Below, in pieces: positions 48,301 through 60,809 of a stretch of DNA of 64,000 nt. The notes below the pieces were generated by a model, which worked only from the letters and a program-made list of their open reading frames with translations, was not told where the DNA came from and searched no databases. Made by a program: the position numbers and the translations under genes. The stretch's first letter is position 1. The number at the start of each line of letters is the position of its first letter. Source of the stretch: Antedon mediterranea (taxonomy: Eukaryota > Animalia > Echinodermata); NCBI RefSeq assembly GCF_964355755.1, contig NC_092673.1, positions 31,555,648 to 31,619,647 on the forward strand. Reading direction: 5' to 3'.

Positions 48301-51300
48301 TAGGTTTGAAATTGTCTCCAAGAGTAATCGTTGCAAACCGAGTAGCATTCCACATCTTGTTGCAGAAATGACGATAACCGAGAACACGCATAACATCCAG
48401 GTTGATGTCGCGACCTTGTGCAGTGTACGCACACAGCGCAAAACGGAGTGCGTCTGTACCGCATTCTGGTATTCCGTTTGGATAGTCACTCTTCTGTCCG
48501 TCCTTGGCACGTTGCACTTCTTTTGGATCCAAGTTTCCTTGCTCAAGAAATTTGTGAAGACCCTGTAGACAAATTAGTGAAACCAGTGACCATATTCACC
48601 AATCACACTTAAGTGAGATATTTTGTGAAGACCATGTAGACAAATTAGTGAAACCAGTGACCATATTCACCAATCACAGTTAAGTGAGATATTTTGTGAA
48701 GACCATGTAGACAAATTAGTGAAACCAGTGACCGTATTCACCAATCACAGTTAAGTGAGATATTTCCCTTAAATATTAAGTATTTCACTTAACTCAATAA
48801 ATATTTAACTATTTCCCTTAAATTGTATTCATTTAGATAGGATATTTTTAAAATTTTAATGGCAAGTGTTTCCCTTAGCCTAAGTATGAATGGTGAATAC
48901 GGCCACAAACACTCAAACAATATTGTATTTACTAAAAATTAAAACAAAGGTGCAGTGAACTTGTTTGGGTAGAGCAAATTATAATGTTAAAAATAAACGT
49001 TGTGTTTCTATTTAACTTTCATGCAAGTGTACAATTTGATGACATTAAACAATGATTTATCTTAACATACACCATAATGCTAGCTCATTAAATTCTATAC
49101 TAATCATGTAGTTATTTTGAAGTTGTATCATTTCATCAGCTTGACTGTGAATGAGTATACATGAATAAAATAACGCACCTCTAAAGTTATTCCCTTGATG
49201 ACATCAACCGGGTCGATGACGTTACCCAACGACTTGCTCATCTTACGTCCATGCGCGTCACGGACCATCGCGTGAAGGTAAACTTGCTTAAATGGTAATA
49301 CTCCATTGAGCTTCAGGCTCATCATTACCATACGAGCTACCCAGAAAAATAGGATGTCATGGCCGGTCTCGAGGAGCGCGCCGGGGTAAAACGTTTTGAG
49401 GTCCAGGGTCTGAATTTAAAAAATTGAAATACATTAGATTAGCTAAACGTAGAATTCAATTATTTGTCACTGTCAACTTATTGTGTATGTGTGTGGTATT
49501 ATAAGCCTCTGACTTTTGAAAACAAAATTAATAAAATGCAGAGACTAACTTTAAGATAAATCTTCTTTTTTTAATGTTGTGCATTTTAGCAAACAAATCA
49601 TTTATTAACCAAACATCATTTAAAAAGTTTTACTATGTTACAGCTACGTTAAGTGGTGCATCGTAAAAACGAAAAAAGAGCATGCTCACAATGACTTATT
49701 TATTCAAAGGTTGCGTATTCAAGCGGCGTATCGTGAAAACTGAATTGTTATTAGCCTAAATATTTTGCTGAAAAATATCACAATTTTAAAATTCTTGATG
49801 GTTCTGAGATTCCTCTGTCTCATGGAACCCTAACTCTACATCCTTCACTTATTTTTAAAAAGAAAACAAACCTGATCTGGCCAGCCAAAGATTGAAAATG
49901 GAAAAATACCAGATGAAAACCATGTATCTAATACATCCTCATCTAAAACACAAATACAAAAATATTAAATTCATTATTATAATAATTAAAGTTGCTACAG
50001 CTTGCACTCGAGTGAATGATTTGTGGAAGGAAGAGCAGGGGAAGACCAAGGAGATCGTGGATGAATGACAAAGAGTGGACTGAACTGGGAACCTACACTG
50101 AAGTCAAACGGATGGCAGAGGACAGGGACAATTGGGGGGTCATGATTGCCAACCTTCGGATCGAAGATGGCACATGAATGAACAAATATAATAATAATTG
50201 TACAAATGTAAATCAGCAAAATATTTAAATAAGGCAACTTAATTTTTTTTTTATGGAAAAAAAGTTACCTAATAAATGAATTACCTTGTTCTAGTTGAAT
50301 CTTTTCTTTAGAAACATTAAATCTGGTTGCCGCTTTTTCCAGCGCTTCTTCTCTTGTGGTGGCGCTTACCCAATAGTTGTTATCTGTGTCCTATAAAGCA
50401 AATTAATAAACTATGCATTTGTTTAACATATTAAAAATAAAATCATAACACATCAAAAAACGTATCACTTTTCAACTTACTTTCAATTTTGGATGTCATG
50501 AAAATTCATTACTAATTTATAATTATAAAAAATGACCAATTGATATTGATGAATATAGATGTTTTTCCCTTTTGAAAAATGTACTAGTTTTCAATAGGGC
50601 ATCTGAATAAGATGTCTAAAGCGTGTTTTCCTGTCAACGTTAGTCGACGCTATCGTTATCGATGATCATCTACGTAAACATTGAAATGTTAACGATTTAC
50701 AGGAAAAGGTACTCACTATTGTCATCATTTCAACTTGATCGTTTTCAAACGATCATCGTTGAACTGTTAACTATCAACAACGATAGCGGCAAATAACATC
50801 GACAGGAAAACAGGCTTAACTTAGCTACTATGTAGTACTGTAGTTAAATTGTCATAATTATTGCTTTTACAAACCTCTCCTCGTGGAACACTGCTGTCAT
50901 TTACAGTCACAAAGTATGCTGGGATACGGTGACCCCACCACAGTTGCCGAGAGATGCACCAATCCCTATGATCAGAGGAAATTAAAGAGATAATCATTTA
51001 TATCACGTCAAGATAATGAAGAGCCATCTTCTGAACAAGAAATGAATATCAACTCTAAAAGGAAGAAGTTATTGAAGAACACTATTTATAGGTTACATAA
51101 ATATGCATAAAAAACAGTAAGAAATATTACATTAGGATTAGATTAGTAGATTTTTCTCAGCCTGCTGCAAAAAATGTACTTAATATTTTGTATATACAAG
51201 ACAAAATGGACTAAAATGATACAGGATGATTTGTAAACTGTATTGAGACACCTGGCCCACAACAGAAATAAATGACACACTATGTCTACTGATGATGAAG

Positions 51301-54300
51301 CGTATTGAATATAGGATGACAAACAAAAAATCATAAATTTATTTTGGCTGAGAGACTAGTAAATGTGTGTACACTCACCTGCTGTTCTTTAACCACTGGT
51401 TCCATGTTTTTATATGCATATCAGGGATGATCTCCAAATCTCCATCTTCAACTGCTTTCACAGCAGCAGCAGCCATTTCAGTGCAGTTTACAAACCATTG
51501 AGATTTTACCAGTGGTTCTACAATGTCCTTTGAACGACTAAAAACACAAATCATAAAACTCAGTGTTAATAATACATTCATGTAGAAAGTCAAAATAGAA
51601 ATATAAAACATACATTTAAAACTCTATCTACACTATCAAACTAGTTTGACAAAAACTGTTTGATGTGCCTAAATATATTGTAATTTTTTAGATGTTTTTA
51701 TATGAATGGTTTTATGCTATATTTGTTTTTATAGTGTTTTCTTTGTTATTATGACGAGCAATGAATTTCCTTTTTGAGGATCAATAAAAGTTATCTTATC
51801 TTATCTTATCTTATATGGTAGTGATATGACATCATCATGTCCACATATGGGCACATCAGATTTTTTTGTTACATAATAAAGTTTGATAGTGTAGACAGAG
51901 CTTCCCTTTGCAAAAAAACCGTATACGAACGTATACGATTTACATACGTTTCGTATATGTTTCGTATAGGAAGTCCACTTCGTATACGAAACGTATACGT
52001 CAATTCGGAAGTTCCTGCCCGCATAATAAACATATACGAACCGTATACGATCATTTATAAACAATTTCCTAATTATACGATCCGTATACGACGACGCGTG
52101 TATACAAACTGCATCGTATTACCAAGCGAAAAGGGACTGTCCCTCTTTTTACAAGACGACGATGGCAGGAGCATCTTGACTTCAATAATTAGTGTACAAT
52201 TTGTTTTTTTTTTCAGTCGGTATATGTACATTAAATAAATAAATAAATATTAAATTGGGCCCGCAGTATATTCAATTTAAAACTAGTAAGTAAAATCCAT
52301 AAATTACGATTTAATAAAAATGTAGAATACATGTGGCTCCCTATTATATATATGGAATATGGAATTCTAGCTAGCTAGGCTATAGGCATATTGTATTGAT
52401 GGAGTAAGAGCAGTTTTCTGTTTGGGCTCATGCCTATTACTTGCTCCTGGCAAGATGAATTGTAATATATTTACTTTTGCCGAATAAATATTATTATTAT
52501 TATTAATTGTATATATCGAATATGCAGTATATAGCTACTGCAGCAGCTCTAGTAAACTAAGAGTAACTAGGCCTGGGAAAAATACGCCAAGGAAAAGAGT
52601 CTGTGGTACACTCATTGTGAAAATAAGCTAGCTAGCTAGCTTTCCCCCATATATTAGATTTGGTTATATTGTATTATTTTAATAACCTACTCTAGCTAGT
52701 AGTATATCAACAACGGTGAAATGGAAATACGATGCATTATGGATATCATCGTTGCAGAGTTAGGGGGTGCCAACAAAACATTCAACAGCCAGAAATACAA
52801 AAAAGAAGCTCCGACGTTTTAGAGCATTTTACTATTTTAGGCATACAGAACTAATTGCTGTAAATTTCCTAGAGTTGTCACTGATAAATACAATTTAACA
52901 TAACCTACATATAACTTAAAAAATCCAAATGATAAATTGTACGTGAACGCAGTAAAACCAACCAGTTAAATGTTTGTTAAATAATTATTTTACATCTCCC
53001 TGGTAAAATGGTACCCTACGCCCCCATTTTTATGCCTCCATCATTGATAAGCAGAGCGGTATTTAATTATTTTTATTATTTAATTCGTAAATTTAAAAAA
53101 AAATCGTTAATATAAATATGTGAACCTTTTTGTATATGCGCGGGCGCGATACTATTTAATAAGATAGGCTTTATATCATATCATTGGCGTGGAGTGGTAA
53201 ACAACTATGAGCCTAGTTGATACCGCCTGGTAACTACGTATTGACGTTTTACTATAATATTTAATATGCACTGTTAGTGTTACTTTAAAAAGGATATAAT
53301 AAAACTGTGTACAATATCAGTAGGTAATAGTTTTTTTGTGCCCCCTCTGTACACACGCCTGCCGGCTATTTGTTTATCATTTTAATGAAGTAGTACAAGT
53401 CTAACTCCAAATAAAGATATAGAACACATTTTGAGAATTCAAAGTGTTGATCTTTTTTAAGAATCTGATATTACCATGAATCATCTTTTTACATAATATA
53501 CAGCATAAGCATGTACAATCTAATTTAATTGTCACACAATTGAATTAACAAAGGACAAGGATTTCAAATAAACTGTTACAAATAAACAATTATTAATGAA
53601 ATAGTTGGGGTATTGTTGGGTCCATGGGAAATCAACAATGTTTAGTAGACTTATTTAATTTGTTATTTAAAGTTGAGGGTAGTTATTTTTTAAACATATT
53701 GGAATACCATGAAAATAAAGAAAGATATGTTTTATGATTTCTTAATCACCAAGCAGAAATACCGCTGAGATAAATGAAAGCAATTCAATCTGTTTGCTAC
53801 CGGGAATAAATTGAGATTCGATATAATTGTATTTACTATCACCACTATAATTGTGTTTTGTTTTTTTTCCTCGGCGGAAGTGATCGACTTCATATTCAAA
53901 ATCCGAATGTATTCATCGTTAAATAATAATTATTATTATTATACAATGACCCCACTTCTGTTTTGGGTCATGGTTTTCCTCTTCGGCATTATTTGCCGAA
54001 TTATTGTTACTCCATCTCCATTGCTACAACACACGTCGCGGAATAATATCGCTTAACATAACGATGTAATTTGACCACCCAAAGCTCGCACGTGGATGGC
54101 ATGACGAATTGAGAGGATCGAACGACGTATCCGATGATTCACCCGATGATATGCATGATTGGCCACCAGGGAGCCGAGTCGACCACGAGTTGGAACTGCA
54201 GGCAACCGAGCAACGCTCGGTCGTCGTCGGCGGCTGCACTTACTGACCTCTGTCATATTTTATAAAGAAAAACTGCAAACAACATCGTCGATTTGTGAAT

Positions 54301-57300
54301 GGCCCCTTGTTTTTTCTAGGCCTACCTAGTAGTTATACCTGTTTAGCGTATTTTATTTACTTGCGAAAAACGTTGTTTGAATTTTATCGGTAGCCTAGGC
54401 TATCTAATAAATATAGAAATAAATATGATCTTATTTATGTACTAGCTCCTACTACTTACTAATAATACTACTAGGCCTAGACTAGGTCTATCTACTAATG
54501 GTTGGTGCTAGCTAGGCCTAGGCCAGAGCCTACGTACGTATTTGTTGTAATGACAATTTAAATGTTTTATTTAGCTCTATTCTACTCATTACTGCTATTA
54601 TAATTCATAAAATGGCCTAGTTTGTTCGTATATGATTCGTATACGTCCCGTATACGATATTCTTATCATGAATAAACAACTTATATGTTACGTATGCTAA
54701 ACGTATACGACGCCAACTCTTTGTGGAGCAACAGAGTGGAAATAATGTAAACAGTGAAATCGTATACGATCCGTATACGTCGTATACGTTTTCAGCGTAT
54801 ACGGATCGTATACGGCTTTTTTGCAAAGGGTTAAGATAGTGTAGAGCTTTAGAATCTGTTCTCCATTTCCTTTCATTGGCTTCCTTCCAAGTTTTACTCA
54901 CAAATTTGTCCATAAATATCACATTTTTTTTATTATCTAGGCCTATAACTCACCTGCATATTGGTACCACCATGGGGTTATCTTTTGTACCTCTGTACAG
55001 GTTCATTTCCTTCAGGTACTCCAAAACAGCTTTCCTGGCTAGAAATCTTTTCATACCCTAACAAAGATTTTTGTTGTTGATAAATAGTCTTTCTCTTTAA
55101 ATTCCATTAAAACAAACACAACTTTAGTTAATTAAAACAAACACAATATTTGAATATTATAATAATGTTTTTAAAATAATTTGTTGCTAAACAATAACAA
55201 TGATGTTGAAATAGGTTGGCACATAGACAAGTATTACCTTAAATTGTTGGCCTATATCTGTAATGTTTCCTTCATCATCTATCATTTGTAGAAATGGGAG
55301 ATTATTTCGCTTGCCACAGTCATAATCATTGGGGTCATGAGCTGGGGTAATCTTGACGGCACCTGAGAAACAATGAAGGAACAATTTAAATGTATTTTAT
55401 ATCTATACTTCAAGAGAATGAAGTCCTGTCCATTTAGGACTCCTTCAAGAGGGCCTCTTTAAATACAGTAAAACTGTTTAAAAAAAAAAAAAAAAATTAA
55501 GAAGCTGATGGTGACAAACTTCTCCAAAAACTGAATAGGGCATGTGGTGCAGTGTGTTAGAACGTTTGACTACTAATTGTGAGATTGCAAGTTCAAATGC
55601 AATACTGCTTGTATCCTTAGGAAAGGAACTTACATTTGCCTCTCTCCACCCAGGTGTACAAATGGGAACCCGGTTAGATCAAAACACAACTTTGCGCTGA
55701 TTACTAGCTGCATTATGGGAGTATGTTTCCATAGGTGTTTGATCCAAAATGGATGGGCTAATGCTATGTAGTGCTTAGAGGTTTCAGGTGCTTTATAAAT
55801 TCAAGATATTATTAAGTGTCAAAGTTTAACACAGTTACATAGATAACCCACCTGTGCCAAAATTCATATCAACAAAATCATCAGCAATGATAGGGATTGG
55901 TTCATTGCGGAAGGGATGGATGACGTTCTTTCCTTGAAGGTGCTTGTATCGTGCATCCTCTGGGTGTACCGCCACGGCTGTGTCACCAAGCATCGTCTCG
56001 ATACGTGTTGTAGCAACAACAATCTCTTCATCTACAAAAGAAACGTGCTATTAAAAATCCAAACAAAACTATAAACTTATTTTTAAGTATGAATCATTTC
56101 ATTACTGCAATCCGCGTTGAAGTACCGATTCTCGTCAGATCACCGAAGTTAAGCAATGTTGTGCCCGGTTGCATTCTGGATGCTGTATGCTGTGCTGTAT
56201 TAACCAGAGAGTGATGATAATATCAGATTAGCATGTGATAGCCATGGGCTCGAGCCTATCTGTACCATACTCATCCAAGGCAAGATGATTTACTCTCATT
56301 GTCTCATCCTGCGGATGGGATGTAAAGCCGTTGGTCCTGTGTACATATAGTGCATGTTAAAGAACTTTACACTACACTATTCGAAAAGAGTAGATGATCA
56401 TCTCCCAAATTTCCTCAGTTTCCAGTTAAGTTTGAGGACAAAGAATAAATACATTTAACATCTTCAGGTGGTTTACATACCTGAGTTTTCCACCTTATAT
56501 GCAAATTCTATTAAAACACCAAATTCAATTTTATCTTCATATCCAGGAACAGACAGTAAAGTTTTTCCAGGAAGTTCACGTTTCTCTACCTACAATAAAA
56601 TAAATCTTATTCATTACTTTGATTTTAAACAAAAGAATCTGATTTTATAAAGGGACATTAAACAGCACAAGAAAACATCCACAATCGAACCTCTGGAAAA
56701 TATTCCTTACCTCAATATCAGATATAGCCGACTTTAGTGTGCATGACCAGTTAATCAGCCGATTGCTACGATAAATTGTACCATCGGCGTGTAAACGTAC
56801 AAATGATTCGGACACTGCACGAGAAAGCTTAGGATCCATCGTAAAGCACTCTCTATCCCAGTCAAACGACGATCCTAACTTACGTAGCTGGTCGTAGATT
56901 CTACCACCTTTGCTGCAGGTGAAATATACCAAAATGGTTACAGAAATAGGGAAAACAGTATTTTAATAAGGGTTGTATAACATGAACTATGAGGATGTTT
57001 TTTATATAGCTAGACAATCAGGAGGGAGAAGAGAGATAGAGGGAAACTTCTGTGTTATTATTGGGAGACTTAAGGCTGCTCATTACAATTATTTGGAGAC
57101 TTAGGTCTGCTCCTTACTGTTATTTTGGAGGCTTTGGTCTGCTCTGTATTAATATTTGGAGACTTAGGTCTGCTCTGTATTAATATTTGGAGACTTAGGT
57201 TTGCTCTGTATTAATATTTGGAGACTTAGGTCTGCTCCTTATTATTATTTTGGAGGCGAGGTATGTCCTTACTATTATTTGGAGACTTAAGTATGCTCTG

Positions 57301-59793
57301 TATTATTATTTGGAGACTTAGGTCTGCTCCTTACTGTTATTTTGGAGGCTTTGGTCTGCTCTGTATTAATATTTGGAGACTTAGGTCTGCTCTGTATTAA
57401 TATTTGGAGACTTAGGTTTGCTCTGTATTAATATTTGGAGACTTAGGTCTGCTCCTTATTATTATTTTGGAGGCGAGGTATGTCCTTACTATTATTTGGA
57501 GACTTAAGTATGCTCTGTATTATTATTTGGAGACTTAGGTCTGCTCCTTACTGTTATTTTGGAGGCTTAGGTCTGCTCGGTATTAATATTTGGAGACTTA
57601 GGTATGCTCTGTATTAATATTTGGAGACTTAGGTCTGCTCTGTATTATTATTTGGAGACTTAGGTCTGCTCTGTATTATTATTTGGAGACTTAGGTCTGC
57701 TCCTTACTGTTATTTTGGAGGCTTAGGTCTGCTCGGTATTAATATTTGGAGACTTAGGTCTGCTCTGTATTATTATTTGGAGACTTAGGTATGCTCTGTA
57801 TTAATATTTGGAGACTTAGGTCTGCTCTGTATTAATATTTGGAGACTTAGGTCTGCTCTGTATTATTATTTGGAGACTTACGTCTGCTCTGTATTAATAT
57901 TTGGAGACTTAGGTCTGCTCTGTATTATTATTTGGAGACTTAGGTCTGCTCTGTATTATCATTTGGAGACTTAGGTCTGCTCCTTACTATTATTTTGGAG
58001 ACTTAGGTCTGCTCTGTATTATTATTTGGAGACTTAGGTCTGCTCTGTATTAATATTTGGAGACTTAGGTCTGCTCTGTATTATTATTTGGAGACTTAGG
58101 TCTGCTCTGTATTAATATTTGGAGACTTAGGTCTGCTCTGTATTATTATTTGGAGGCTTAGGTCTGCTCTGTATTATTATTTGGAGACTTAGGTCTGCTC
58201 CTTACCGTTATTTTATAGGCTTAGGTCGGCTCTGTATTAATATTTAGAGGCTTAGGTCTGCTCTGTATTATTATTTTGGAGACTTAGGTCTGCTCTGTAT
58301 TCTTATTTGGAGGCTTAGGTCGGCTCTGTATTATTATTTGGAGACTTAGGTCTGCTCTGTATTAATATTTGGAGACTTAGGTCTGCTCTGTATTATTATT
58401 GGGAGACTTATGTATGCTAAGGAAGTCAGATAATTGGTCTCTTACTCATTTTTCCACTTCCAAGCTTCTTCAACAAATTTCTCCCTTCCGATGTCGTGCC
58501 GTGTGAGACCTTTTTCCCGCCATAGTCGTTTCTCAACCACAACTTGTGTAGCTATGCCAGCATGATCGCATCCTGGGTTCCATAAGCAAACTTTTCCTTT
58601 CATTCGATTCCTAGAAAATAGAAATTATTTTGTTTGTCTGTCATACAGATAGCATATGAAATTATGAGTTTGTTTTTGTGTTGATTTTGTATTGTAGTAT
58701 TAAATACATTTAACACTTAGTTTTAGTGTTATTGTTTTTGTAGGACAAAGTGAATGACAGGTATCAAACACTTTTGTAAAGTTTCATTGATAAACCAATT
58801 TTTTTCAGAATTTATGGTCAACCATAACATTTCATAAAATCGCGCATAACTTACGCTGCATGACTCAAATGTCATATAACAAAGTTTCCTGCACATCTAC
58901 AGTTTAAGGTTAATATTTTGACAAAGTTATACAATCTTATGTTGACAAGAATGAGAGATATGTGTGCAACAAAATTCGCGGAAAGAAAGAATCAAGAAGA
59001 AGATGTAAAAAAGATCCTGACAATCACAAGGGTTATCCGCAACAAAAGCTGCGATTAAGCAAAAAAAAATGATGATGATCTCATACAATCACAAGAAGTT
59101 ATCGGCCAAGGTGCTGATAACTAATAAAAAGTGTAATGAAGACAGATATCTTTTTAAGAAAAAGATTCAACACACTGGGCAACACACTTTATTTTAAAGA
59201 AAAAACCTTTAAATTTGTAATTCAAGTACAATTCAACTTACCATCTAGTTAAGGCATCTTCAATAGCATTAGTTAGAGCATGTCCTAAATGCAGACTACC
59301 GGTCACATTAGGGGGCGGTATACATATCATAAAGACATCTTTTGGATCTACATTTTCTAAACATTCTCTCTGCAATAAGAAAAATTAATTTATTAATTAA
59401 ACTGCTTGAACTAAGAAAGTTTTAAGGCAATTTAAAACAACCAAAAAAAGATAGAGATGATACTTACTCCGTATTCTGGTTTAAAGAAGCCCATTTTTTC
59501 CCACCATTCATACCACGCAGCCTCAACGTACACCGGACTGTAGGAGTCGGGCAGTTGGCACACAGTATCTGAGATGCAAAAACAAAATATTGTTATTACA
59601 TTGATTTTGCAAAATGTGTTTTTTTCTTTCTACTAGACATTCATCTTAAAGTGAAGTGTGAAGTGTTTGTTGCATTTTTTAAAAGAATAATAATTGTTGT
59701 ACCTTTCCTTTCTCCAGGTTTTGTTTTAGCATCATACACAGTTACTGTAACTTCTTTTTTCTCTTTTTTCTTCTTCTCTTTTTTTTCTTTACC
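42345..59793 (-). CDS. VARS1: Valyl-tRNA synthetase, cytoplasmic type; 21 coding exons in window, 5' exons not found (probably right of window)
   Basis: Phase-consistent GT-AG exons: 59703-59793, 59468-59568, 59242-59369, 58446-58610, 56711-56912, 56481-56589, 55852-56031, 55238-55362, 54954-55057, 51379-51537, 50875-50965, 50285-50390, 49872-49942, 49179-49409, 48287-48562, 47803-47958, 46837-47043, 45407-45518, 44581-44753, 43876-44025, 42345-42413 (TGA). Class I motifs [14 protein letters not shown] and KMSKS; also [49 protein letters not shown]. Lys-rich N-terminal linker typical of cytoplasmic ValRS. Confidence 0.95.
43140..43585 (+). mobile_element. CR1/L2-clade LINE 3' fragment
   Basis: [12 protein letters not shown]...[10 protein letters not shown]-terminal motif followed by a T-rich 3' UTR and AATAAA tail. 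Confidence 0.55.
45975..46809. mobile_element. Harbinger-like non-autonomous element
   Basis: TIR AGCCCCTTTCTCACAGA; 3-bp TSD GTA; internal TGCCGG/TTCTCACAGA subrepeats. Confidence 0.85.
48551..48763 (+). repeat. 71-bp tandem triplication overlapping a VARS1 splice acceptor
   Basis: Units start at 48551, 48622 and 48693. Confidence 0.9.
49996..50185 (+). mobile_element. RTE-like LINE 3' fragment
   Basis: Degenerate [10 protein letters not shown]...[25 protein letters not shown]. Confidence 0.65.
50620..50816. mobile_element. Harbinger-like MITE
   Basis: TIR AGC(G/C)TGTTTTCCTGTC; TAA on both flanks. Confidence 0.75.
51620..51902. mobile_element. Harbinger-like MITE interrupted by a LINE 3' tail
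   Basis: Family of 7140-7266; insert ~51677-51813 ends in CAATAAAAG-(TTATC)n, similar to the LINE tail at 41340-41370. Confidence 0.65.
51904..54830. mobile_element. CMC/EnSpm-like non-autonomous DNA transposon (~2.9 kb)
   Basis: TIR CCCTTTGCAAAAAA(A/G)CCGTATACGA; many subterminal CGTATACG palindromes at both ends; 2-bp TT flanks. Confidence 0.8.
55538..55813 (+). mobile_element. tRNA-derived SINE with L2-like tail
   Basis: TGGTGCAGTG A-box-like, GTTCAAATGC B-box-like, core TGCCTCTCTCCACCCAGGTGTACAAATGGG, tail GTAGTGCTTAGAG...TTTATAAAT..TATTATT. Confidence 0.7.
56102..56190 (+). pseudogene. 5S rRNA-derived sequence (pseudogene or SINE head)
   Basis: CGCGTTGAAGTACCGATTCTCGTCAGATCACCGAAGTTAAGCAATGTTGTGCCCGGTT...TGGATG matches the invertebrate 5S rRNA consensus over ~80 nt, with an internal 3' deletion. 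Confidence 0.8.
56190..56400 (+). mobile_element. SINE body with Deu-like conserved core
   Basis: CGGATGGGATGTAAAGCCGTTGGTCC...TGCATGTTAAAGAAC...ACTATTCGAAAAGAG resembles the Deu-domain, from recall. Confidence 0.6.
57050..58420 (+). repeat. 31-bp minisatellite (~44 copies) in a VARS1 intron
   Basis: Unit TTTGGAGACTTAGGTCTGCTCTGTATTA(A/T)TA. Confidence 0.95.
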
Positions 59794-59924
59794 CTAAAAA
59801 AAATCAAAAGTGAATTAAAAAAATAAATACAAAAATAAAAACATAAAGGATTATCAAAAAACTTTTACAGTAAGTGTGCTTAAAGAAACTGTTGTGTGTG
59901 CTCTGAAACAGTTACAGTATAGTA

Positions 59925-60809
59925 CCGTATATTTCGGTGTATAAGTCGCACCTGTGTATAAGACGCACCCCCAACTGAGAGTAAAATATCGGTATTTTTT
60001 ATATCGTCGATGTATAAGACGCACCTTATATTTCATCAAAACAATGTTTTTTTTAATTGTAATCAATATTATTGTAATAATATATTTTGTTATATCTACA
60101 ACGGCGTCCTTTATTTAGGTTTTTTCTTACCTAGGCTCGGCCGCGCCCAGCCTCAACAAGTTCTTTCTAACTTGTTTAAATTCATGAGTTTCGCCGCAAC
60201 ATCGAGTGCATGACCACCGTGTGTGTAAGTCCCGTGTGTAACACGCACGTGTGTGGGCTAGCCTCGCTCGATCATTTCGAGAGGGCGCACGTTTTCACGG
60301 ACAATCGTATTCGATTAGTATCTATGTATCCGAGAAGTGTGTACGCTAGGTCCATGCTATAATCACCTGGAGAATATACTAGTCGAATACCGTACATCAT
60401 GTGCCACCAAAAGAAGGGCTTGCGCTTGGGGTACGGCGATCGTGCATATAACTACTGTATAAATAAATACTATTCCAATCGTACGACGTAAACGTTTACA
60501 AATGGAATTTTATCGGAGCGCCATAATGAACAAATCTTTTCATCATATTTAGTATAACATCATGCTAAAATGACTTGAAAACTAGGCCTAGGCAGAAGCA
60601 GGTTGCCGTTACGTTAGTTAGTTACTGTAGCTAGGCCTAGCCTACTCAGGCTGAGCTCAGGCCTAGCAAACGAGGTGACGATAGCCTAGGCCTACAGTAT
60701 GTACAATCTGTGTGGTGAGAGGCATTTATGTTCGGTGTATAAGACGCACCCTTAATTTAGAGGTCAAATTTGCGTGTCAAAAGTGCGACTTATACACCGA
60801 AATATACGG
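59925..60809. mobile_element. Tc1/mariner (pogo/Tigger-like) MITE, copy 2
   Basis: Perfect TIR CCGTATATTTCGGTGTATAAGTCGCAC, TA TSD; colinear with 4958-5740. Confidence 0.85.

Noticed and set aside
51801-52238. ORFs rich in Y/T/R/V/I
   Set aside because: Arise from the CGTATACG subterminal repeats of the transposon.
56102-56190. Functional 5S rRNA gene
   Set aside because: Diverged, lacks the C-box region and 3' portion, and is followed by SINE-like sequence.
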